Assembly (NCBI GenBank): GCA_051294905.1
Contig: CM119371.1
Location: 22,756,001 to 22,820,000 of the forward strand
Direction of reading: 5' to 3'
Source: Botryllus schlosseri
Lineage: Eukaryota
Length of the DNA: 64,000 nucleotides
Shown: positions 54,520 through 64,000 of the stretch, piece after piece
Numbering within the stretch: position 1 is the first letter of the stretch
Layout of the letters: each line of letters starts with the position of its first letter
Notes under the pieces: model-generated
Database searches by the model: none
What the model was told of the DNA's origin: nothing
The model's input: the letters and a program-made list of their open reading frames with translations, nothing else
Translations under genes and position numbers: made by a program

Positions 54520-55743
54520 TTGATACGTGTTATCGGAGGTCGATATCGCGATATTCGTGTCCTGCCATCTGGGGACTTGTGCGTTGAATGTTCTAACAAT
54601 AGTCAATTATCCAAATTATTGGCATGTGATAATCTGGGCGAGCCAGACAAACCGATAGAAATACGCGCAGAGATTTTCAAAGCCAGAACTCCAGAAGTGC
54701 GTGGAGTGATTAGCAATGTCCCACTCGACATGTCCGATGCCGAGATAAAAGATGCCCTAAGTAGTCAGCAGGTTACCTTCGTGAAACGTCTGAGCTATCG
54801 CGCTAAGGAAGGAATAGTACCTAGTCGGTCGGTCTTGCTGTGTTTCTCCTCGACCATCTTACCTGCAGTTGTTAACATCGGGTTTTTGCGTTTTCGAACG
54901 AGGGTTTACAATCCACCTCCGACCCGCTGTTTTAATTGCAACCGCTACGGGCACAGGTCTAAGCACTGTCGAAGTCGTCAGCGATGCTCGAAATGCGGCA
55001 TGAATCACAGTAACAAAGAGTGCAAAAACCTTCCATATTGCGTGAACTGTGGCGCTGCGCATTCAGCCGCTTATGCAGGTTGTACTCGATTCCGACAAGA
55101 GGCGAAGATAAATTCTATAATGGTGAATGAGAGCGTTAACTATTGGGAAGCAAGACAGCTTCATCTTAAAAGACAAGCTCCACCTAATTGGCAGTCTGAA
55201 ATCGTTTTTCCTTCACTAACATCTAGTCATGGAAACGCCACAAGATATTCATCAAACCCTCCAACAGTGCCTCGCAACCAGAGTTCGACACCGGCAGCAA
55301 GCATCCCTCCTAATTCCCCATTCCAAGATCGACCTAATACAGTGGATCCGCAAGAATTTGTTACAATCCCAACCATGACATTATTCACCTTCATAGCTGA
55401 AGTCATGAAAAATACACTTTTAGCTTTCTCGGAGGGAAAGCAACCACAAATTGAGGAAATCATTGCGAAGTCAGCCGGCGACCAACTGGGAATCCACATT
55501 CCGGTCATTGAAAATATCAAAAACTTTAGTAAGCCATGTGGGGACGAAGGAACATCCTCAGATTCCTCACGCATGAACGAGAAGACTCCAACCAGTGCTG
55601 CAAGTGCCACGCCCAGTGCGAGTTCCGATACACCAGAGTACCAGCCGTTCATTCCAACGCCCATGAGAGGTGTCGATCTAACAACTCCTCATACTACTTT
55701 GAAGCAGCATAGTACGCCATATCAGCCGAACCCTTCACCCTGA
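54520..55743 (+). CDS. LINE ORF1 (gag-like nucleic-acid-binding protein), probably lacking its true N-terminus
   Basis: SGDLCVEC, VRGVISNVP, and knuckles CFNCNRYGHRSKHC, CSKCGMNHSNKEC, CVNCGAAHSAAYAGC. The track start is TTG, with an in-frame stop at 54478 and no ATG between. Confidence 0.88.
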   Translation: MIRVIGGRYRDIRVLPSGDLCVECSNNSQLSKLLACDNLGEPDKPIEIRAEIFKARTPEVRGVISNVPLDMSDAEIKDALSSQQVTFVKRLSYRAKEGIVPSRSVLLCFSSTILPAVVNIGFLRFRTRVYNPPPTRCFNCNRYGHRSKHCRSRQRCSKCGMNHSNKECKNLPYCVNCGAAHSAAYAGCTRFRQEAKINSIMVNESVNYWEARQLHLKRQAPPNWQSEIVFPSLTSSHGNATRYSSNPPTVPRNQSSTPAASIPPNSPFQDRPNTVDPQEFVTIPTMTLFTFIAEVMKNTLLAFSEGKQPQIEEIIAKSAGDQLGIHIPVIENIKNFSKPCGDEGTSSDSSRMNEKTPTSAASATPSASSDTPEYQPFIPTPMRGVDLTTPHTTLKQHSTPYQPNPSP

Positions 55744-58700
55744 TGCAATGGAATTGTCGAGGAATCTACCGCAAAATTCATGAGTTGAAACATTTTCTGG
55801 AGAGTACCTACCCTAACCCTGATGTCATTGCCCTCCAAGAAACCCACCTCGTCGCCAAATATACACCCAAGATACCGAATTATGTACTAGTTAGGAATGA
55901 TCGTGACATACACGGCGGCGGTGTGTGCCTATTCATTAAAGCGGGGATATCTTTCAAAGAGACAATAATTGCGGATATCGAACCGATCGAACTCCAAATA
56001 GTCCACCTTGGAGGTATTACAATCGTCAACGCATATGTCCCTCCGAACAAGTCCATACCCAGATCGGTTTTTCGCAAGTCGTTCGCGAAATTCGACTCTC
56101 ATGTGCTTATCGTTGGCGACCTCAACGCGCACCATCCGATGTGGGGAAGCAATCATCCGAACGTTTATGGTAGGCACATTTTATCTGTGATGGAGGACCT
56201 GGAACTAGTGATTATCAACACTGTCATCCCCACTCGTATCAGCTTATCGTCAACCAGTCTCGGCGCAACATCGCTACTTGATCTTACAATTGCGTCAAAA
56301 GATATTGCGCACAGAGTGCGAACAACAATCACGGACGAACTGTTTGGCAGTGATCACTATGTCATATTGAGCAGCCTCGACCTAGAAGTCAATATCCAAG
56401 ATCAACATCATCCATCGTGGTCACTCCGTCGGGCCAAGTGGCCAGATTTCAAAAACATTTGCCATCAGCAATTCTCCGATCTTAGTAACGACGCCGGCCA
56501 ATTGACGATCGAAGATATAACTAACGTCATATTCCAAGCCGCTAAGCACACCATTCCGCTTACGAAGGAATTCAGGAAAAGTAGTGTGCCTTGGTGGAAT
56601 TATGGCTGTACGCGAGCTGTCCGGTTAAAACGGGCCTCTTATCAAAAAATGAAGCGATCCTTTAGCGTTGATGATGTTATCAAGTTCAAGCAACAACGAG
56701 CGCGTACGAGAAAAACGCTACTCGATGCAAAACGATCATATTGGGAGTCCTTTTGCAACAGCCTAAATCGCAATTCCAAATTGACGAAAGTCTGGCGCGT
56801 AATTCGTTCGATGTCTGGCTCGCGCTCGTGGAATCAAATAAACCAATTGGTCTCGAACGGCGCGCTTATCACAGACAATGCCAACATGGCAAACGCACTG
56901 GCTCGGCATTTCACGTCATCCAGTAGTGATGAAAATATAGACGTATTACACCGCCAACGTCGCTCCGATTTCTGCAGCGACACCATTCCCGCAGTCTTAT
57001 CCGAAATTCCGAGCGATGACATAATGAACCTACCTTTCACCCGCTCAGAATTGTCTGATGTTTTGCGACTTAGGAAAAATACTGCGCCGGGCATTGATGG
57101 AATCTGCTCCGCAATGCTTCTAAACCTCAGTGACTATTGCGTCCAAAAACTTTTGGATACTATAAATAATTTGTGGGTTACGGGCCAGTGCCCAGCATCT
57201 TGGCGGCATTCAATTATTGTGCCTATTCTAAAATGTAGCAAACCCGCAAATAATCCCTCTTCTTATAGACCAATTTCTCTGACGAGCAACATCTGTAAGA
57301 CAATGGAAAGGTTAATCAATAACAGACTAACTTGGTGGCTTGAACGGAATAGAATACTGCACCCACGCCAATGCGGCTTTCGACGCAAACGGTCTACTCG
57401 AGATTGCATAATGTCACTACACGACGATATCTATAAATCATTATTCAATGAAAGATTCGTTTTAGCGGTGTTCTTGGACTTTGAAAAGGCCTACGACATG
57501 GTTTGGCGAGACGGACTCGTACTTAAACTGCGGAAAATTGGCCTCACAGGAAACATACTGCGGTGGGTGCATTCATTCATTAATAACAGAACTTTTCAGG
57601 TTCGTCTCGGTAACACCTTATCAGACACGTTTGCGCTCGATAATGGTATTCCACAAGGAAGCGTGTTGTCTCCGACTTTGTTTGCAATCATGATTAATGA
57701 CCTCCCTCACGACCTAACGACTAACATCAATGTATTTGCAGATGACGTATGCATTTGGGATATCGGACTAAACGCTTGTGATATAGCCTCAAACGTGCAA
57801 GCCTCGCTCAACTCCATTCAGGAGTGGTGCCACCATTGGGGTTTCAAAATTAACGCTCAAAAGTCGGCCGGTGTGTTGTTCACGAGAAAGCGCAAGTACC
57901 CTAACATCAATTTATTCATCGGACAGGTCCAATTGCGCTTAGAACGAGAGTTTAAATATTTAGGGATGACATTTGATGCAAAACTCAACTACGGTCCGCA
58001 TTCGCGTATGGTAGTCGCAAAGTGCTCAAGACGGCTCAATGTATTAAGGGCATTGGCTGGTACTACCTGGGGTGCGTCTAAGTCTTGCCTTATGATCGTA
58101 TACAAAACTTTGATAAGATCAGTGATGGAGTATGGTATTGAGGCGTATTTATTCTCACCAAAATACGTATTGAAAGCGCTACAGTTGCTTCAGAACAAAG
58201 CGCTGCGAATATGCAGTGGTGAAATGTCGAGTACGCCATCGTATGCATTACAGCACTAGTGTCATGAACTGCCTATGCGCTTGCGACATCTGCAAGCCTG
58301 CCTCGCCTATCGCTGCCACATTATGGCAATCGAAAACCACCCATGTACACCGCTAACAGAGCAGAGTTGGCATGAAATCTTTCCAGATTCGTTTCGATTC
58401 GAAACTTTTAATATGCTCACAAGGTTGAATGAGGGCATAAAAGACTTGAAAATAGCAGAATATAATCATTATCCCGACGCTCCATGGAATGAACAACCAT
58501 GTTACACCGTCGATACGCACTTGCAATCGATCATATCCAACATACAGCACCCTGATATAATCGAATTTGAATCCAACCACTATATTCTGTCTACATACGG
58601 TTCTTATATACAAATATTTACGGATGGATCGAAAACGAAATTTAGATGTGGGGCAGGTTTCCACGTAAAAGGACTCGGAGTCGATTCCCGCATTGCCTTG

Positions 58701-59450
58701 GATGGGAATCTATCAGTTTTTTCAACAGAACTTATTGCGATCCTTAATAGCCTAAATTGGGCGCGTAGCGAGTGCCGAGACCAGTCAAACATAGCTATAC
58801 TATCGGATAGTTTAAGTGCCATTATCGCTCTGCAATCTCGACAACGTGATAATCAGATTGTTTCCGATATAATTATGCTTTGCAGGAGCCTTTCTGGCCG
58901 TTCAATACGGGTCACCTTTATCTGGATTCCAGGACACAGGGGCGTTGGTCGAAACGAAGAGGCAGATCGGCTAGCAAAATCCGCAGCATCAGACGAAAGT
59001 CCTGACATCGCTCAGACCCACAGTCTAACTCCAAAAGAATGCAAACCCATCGTTATTGACTATTGCTGGAATAAGTGGAAGTCTGAACTAGTCAACGAAG
59101 ACTCGCAATACCAAGATCTCATACGCAGTAATGCTGAATTTCGTGGAATTTCTTGTCTCTCACGTCGTGAGTCGTCGATCTTGATCCGACTCCAAACTGG
59201 TCATTGCGGGTTGAACGAACATCTACATAGGATCGGATGCCATGAAAATGGATTATGTGAACTGTGCGCACAGCCTGAATCAGTGGAACATTTCCTGCTA
59301 AAATGTCCGAGATACTCAACTAATAGACAATATATCATCGAAGCTGCAAGGAACCATGGCGTTAACATCGTATTATCAGAAATTCTTACCAGCCCTTTCA
59401 CTGCAACGCCTATTATAGAATTTGCACTCCTTTCGAAACGAATAATTTAG
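55743..59450 (+). pseudogene. LINE ORF2 (AP endonuclease, reverse transcriptase, RNase H, CCHC) with one in-frame TAG at 58257-58259
   Basis: APE: QWNCRG, LQETHL, GDLNAHH, SDH. RT: APGIDG, YRPISLTS, QCGFR, LDFEKAYD, GIPQGSVLSP, FADD. RNase H: FTDGSK, TELIAI, SDSLSA, WIPGH, NEEADRLAK. CxxC...HFLLKC. ORFs 55743-58259 and 58275-59450 are in the same frame. Confidence 0.93.
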
Positions 59451-59535
59451 AAGTCTTGTTCTAATCAAACTTTCGGCCTGGTGCACAAGGCCTCAGTAGC
59501 CGGGCACCAATAAAAAAACCCATACCAACCAACCA

Positions 59536-62500
59536 ACCCATTCAGACAATAAAGTTCTTGTGATATCGAAACAGTTTGAAAGCGTCACCAATCATTGCGT
59601 ATGTTCGTAGCATGAGCGAATATTTTCATGTGTCATGAATATCTTTCGTATACACTTAGTATGAAATGACATGTGTGGAATAATAATTAGTGTCGTACAA
59701 AAGTAAAACTTGTTGTGTTTGATTGCATACTTTTTTATCGTTGTTTGTTGTTGAAAGATGGGTGAGTTTACATTTAAATATAGTAAGCGGAAAAACTCAT
59801 GTAATAAATTTTACTCGTTTGAAAATCGACTCGCGTGAAAATACCGGTTAACAGTATCAATATGAATGGTATATTATTTTTTGGGATATGTACCAACCTT
59901 CTAAGTATAACTTGTCAAAAATTTATCATGCCATAGAAAAGTCGGTTGTTACGAATTCGACACAAATGTACTTCGATTATTACGATGATGGAAATTACGA
60001 TCAACGGAGTATTTCGAGGTGGATGTGTATCGTTTGGTATGTTCACCAATCACTAAATGTCGGTTAGTTAAACGATACATTCACAAGTTTACCGAAATCT
60101 TGATTTACAAACGACAGCTTGATGATGTAAAGCTCAACCACTCAAATGTGTTCATTGCAAAGTATTTGACCGAAACAAAATATCGAATGGAGACCAACAC
60201 ATTGGTTTCATTTCCGAGTGGGTGAACATTTTTTCTGCTGGACCTATATGATTTACATTTAGAAAAACGATCTACGCCGATTAGGTGACACTGTTTAATA
60301 TCCAGCGAGTGAGTGAAATTTCTTAGGGTTCTGATTTACCGAGTTAATTATCAGCGATGGCCAGGTATGATTTGTATTTATAAAAAGCGACCCACGCCGA
60401 TTAGGCGACACTGTTTAATATCTAATGAGTGAGTGAAATTTCTTAGGGGTTTGATTTATCGAGTTAACTACCGGCGATTCAATCACATCCAAGTAACGTA
60501 TTTTAGTGACCGAATATTGCGACGAATGACAATAAGAAAATTTCTCTGATCGTGTGCGTTGCACAAATAGTTCTAGTATGCAATCAGTGAACATCATACA
60601 AATTGACAACGACTTTCCTTAGTTTGGTTACATGATGACAATTATTCTGGAGGTTCAAATCGATATCGCTACTATGAACAGCAATACAAACACATTTTTG
60701 TAGATTTCAGTGTAGCACATACTTCGATATTATTGTTATGGGATTTTGTATTAACCAAGACCAGTTGAATAGAATCGATCCAGTAAAGATACCTCTATTT
60801 ACTTTTTTGATGATCAAAGTCTTAGAGTGTGACCTCGTAATGTTTTTACATTTCACGCATTTTCGACAGAGAGTGTGAACAGAGTTTACCACAGATTAAA
60901 TGACACCGCCCCGGAGCCCAAAGTGATATTTTCGTACTGTGTGATGTGCGTATGTTTCAATTCGATGTCGCAGATTCCGACAATAAAGTATTGCACCGGT
61001 TGTTAATCAGCAAACGAAATTGTTGTTTCATCTTTAGTTTTGTTACTGGAAACAATTACATTTGTAAAATATTTTCTGATATCCGCGATACGCAGAGTGA
61101 TATGTACCGAGGTGGAATAATTTCTTCAATCATGAACATTTCAGACACGCATAGTTTTACAACTCGATACGTTAATAACAACGGTACTGAAAAGATTGTT
61201 GTTGTCATAATAACCTTTACCACAACACCGGGTCTAATTAACACGAATAATTTAATGATCAAGTCATTATCAACTATTACATATGGTACATCAATGTGTC
61301 AATCCGTATGTTTACAGCATGATAACTTTCAATGTAACACCGGCGTTTGATCGTATAAGAAATGAATTCTTAACTACGTTGCTCGACCTTTCAAATGTCG
61401 TATATTCAAAACATATGTTAATCTAAAGTCGCGCACCAAGTAGTAATTACTTCATCCTACAGTTGAATAAAAAGATGTGTAGGGATATGAATACAACCGA
61501 ACTTGTTATGGATTTTAGGTTTTAGTGATGGTATGGACTGGTGTATGCTTGGCTGTTTTTCATACTGATACTGTTTGAGTTGGTCGGGTAAGTTACAAAC
61601 GGATTTACTTGACAATGTTTTTGTGGTTGACTCTTTGAATATGGTAAGATGGTAAGATGTCGAGCCGTAATACTATTTCCGTTCACTCGATTGCAACAAA
61701 AAATAACCTGATAGTTTGTTCAAGGCTTCGACAAATAGATTGAAATATTCCGATTTAACTCATCGCGTCACAAGTCGATCGCGGTATGCACAAGTGGTTG
61801 TCAAGTTAGAAATATTTACAACAGGTGCTATTTCATTGATTGATTCTATTGTGTGTAGTAACACAGTAAAATATCGCGATAGTATTCACTGAAACCCTAT
61901 TTGATAAACGGAAAACTCAGTCGTGAATAGAGTTGTAAGTTTCAAGGATTGTTTCAAAGTACGATCTTGAAATGTGACTGGATCAAAGTTGGTAGTCATG
62001 TTTGTCAATATATTTCAATTCAGACTATGCCAAAGTCCTAATATTTCATTTGGGATTATCTGAATTTACTTTTAGTACATCCTGCAAATGGATTCGGATG
62101 CGGCACTATAACATTTTTGATAATAAGGACTCAAGGATTTTCAATCAACAATACCTGAATTTTTTGGTAATGATAGAGTTGTCAAATGATTAGTTGCGTG
62201 TTTTTGTTAAGAGTTTGATTTCATGTTGATAAAGACAATAACTGTATAATGTACATACTTGTGATTCTTGATTCTTGTAGAGTTATAGTTGGTATTGATT
62301 CTATAGGTGTGAAAACAGCGGCGCGGAATGTGCGAATAATTCGACGTGGCTGAAAGTCGGCGTCAGTAATATTCAGGTTACGGTCGAATCGAAAGATCAC
62401 GTTAAAAAGATTTCTCAAAATAATTAGAATTGTATCGAATTAACACATTCAGATACGAATCAACTTGAGCTGTGTAGTAAGTTTCATTTCAAGTTAACAA

Positions 62501-63844
62501 ATTGACACATCACTTGTATATTCGCATGATTCTTATCATACAACTAAAGTCAACCACGGTCCGAAGTGTCAAAACATATAGCGACCATCAGAAAGTGTCA
62601 AATTGATGGTTTACGAATCACCGTCTGCGACGACTCTGTGACAAACTAATTACGGAAATATTACCTTGTGAGCGATCGGTATGTCTGTAACACCAAATCA
62701 TGAGCGATCGCTATGTCTGGAGCATTACCCTGTGAGCGGTCGTAGGATTTTAAAATTATTTCACACCTTTTTGAATAAGCGTTCACTTCACAAAGGATTA
62801 GGGTTAGAGCAGAAATAAGTGACAATTTGTCGCTATTCAAGTTACCGACACTGTGGTTCTGTTATTCGCTACTTATTAAATCTTACGAGTGAAATCAAGT
62901 TCTGTGACATACTGATTACCGAAATATTACATTGTCAACGATCGGCATGTATGTAACAGCGAGTCGTGAGCGCTGGTTATGCCTTAGGTATTATCTTGTG
63001 AGCGATCGCGGGATTTTACCAATATTTCGCACCTTTTTGGAGTGTTAGTTTGTGAACGCGGTTATTGTTGGTATTCGAATCGTCGTCAGTTTGTGAACGC
63101 GGATATTGTTGGTATTCGAATCTCCGTCTACGCCGGTTCTATGGCAAACTAATTACCAAAACATTATCATGCGGCTGATTCCTAGATTTATCCAACTATT
63201 TCACACCTTTTTACTGAAATTACGACAAGCAGCCCGCAGTCTATAAACGAAAGTACGAATCATCGCCGCACTCATAAGAATAACGATATATCATTGTCGC
63301 ACTCACCGCAAACGTTGGGATTACTTCAAATTGGTCATATATAATAATTTGGGATATACACATTAACTAAGAACCAATCACGTGATCAATATACTTGATA
63401 CATATTCAAAACCGTGCGAGAGATGCCTATACCCACAAGTACGACTTGCCAACACGAGTTTTCGAGGCACCGTGTGAGAGATGCCTATACCTGGAAGGGT
63501 CACCGTGTGAGAGATGCCTATACCTGAAAGTACGACTCACCAACACGAGTTTTCGAGGCACCGTGAGAGAGATGGCTATACCTAGAAGAGTCACCGTGTG
63601 AGAGATGGCTATACCTGAAAAGGTAACCATGTCACCACCAGTTTTCACGGCACCGTGTGAGCGATCCCTATACCGAAAAGGGTTACCGTGTGAGAGGGCC
63701 CATAAGACACAATGGCACCGTGCGAGCGGAAGGGGGGGGTCAAAAGGGTCACCGTGCCAACACGAGTTTCGCGGCACCGTGTGAGCGGGCCCTATACTAC
63801 CCCATGCAAAAAACGTTAGTTCGCGACCGATCTACTACACTACT
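59536..63844. repeat. Right inverted arm (4309 bp)
   Basis: Reverse complement of 46719-51017; begins acccattcagac, directly at the end of the LINE tail. Confidence 0.95.
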
Positions 63845-64000
63845 GGCGCGAAATGAACTGCCGCGGATGTGACATTCACAATTACTCGAATTACAAACAA
63901 GGTCATAGCTATCCACCTTCTTTATTGTGGTACCGGCAATAAATGTATGCGCGTGGCACAACGTCATGTTACCGCCGAATACTTTGAGAATTAAGAAGTC

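Larger units (their letters stand above)
54505..59535 (+). mobile_element. I-group (I/Nimb-like) non-LTR retrotransposon, slightly 5'-truncated
   Basis: ORF1 with three zinc knuckles, ORF2 with APE-RT-RNase H-CCHC, short 3' UTR with hairpin, AATAAA and (ACCA)n tail. No TSD visible; 5' boundary approximate. Confidence 0.93.
46719..63844. mobile_element. Non-autonomous Polinton/Maverick-type element, 17.1 kb, with 4.3-kb inverted arms and LINE cargo
   Basis: Termini AGTAGTGTAGTAG...CTACTACACTACT; perfect 6-bp TSD GGCGCG (46713-46718, 63845-63850); arms 46719-51017 and 59536-63844. No pPolB, integrase, ATPase, protease or capsid ORF recognised. Confidence 0.85.

Overview
Repeat-dense eukaryotic (animal) genomic DNA with GT-AG introns; a marine invertebrate such as an ascidian is plausible, but that is inference only. 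The host genes are all on the minus strand and all encode Golgi glycan-modifying enzymes: a CHST8-14-type carbohydrate sulfotransferase (exons 4247-4915 and 6869-7060; N-terminal exon not found) with a decayed partial duplicate near 495-705, a complete five-coding-exon core-2/I-branching beta-1,6-GlcNAc transferase (GT14/GCNT family, 18908-24798, 469 aa), and the last exon of a second GCNT paralog (45071-45267). The standout feature is a 17.1-kb element (46719-63844) with Polinton/Maverick-type ends (AGTAGT...ACTACT, 6-bp target-site duplication GGCGCG) and near-identical 4.3-kb inverted arms. It has no recognisable Polinton genes; instead it carries an almost intact I-group LINE whose tail abuts the right arm. 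Also present: a 3-kb non-coding palindrome built from smaller palindromes (9103-12071), a four-deep nest of hAT-type elements (33228-36616), many hAT MITEs with 8-bp TSDs, a tRNA-derived SINE family, a CR1/L2-type LINE 3' end, and two Penelope-like remnants ending in degenerate minimal hammerhead motifs. Most short ORFs in the track are repeat artefacts. All comparisons were made by eye; no searches were run.
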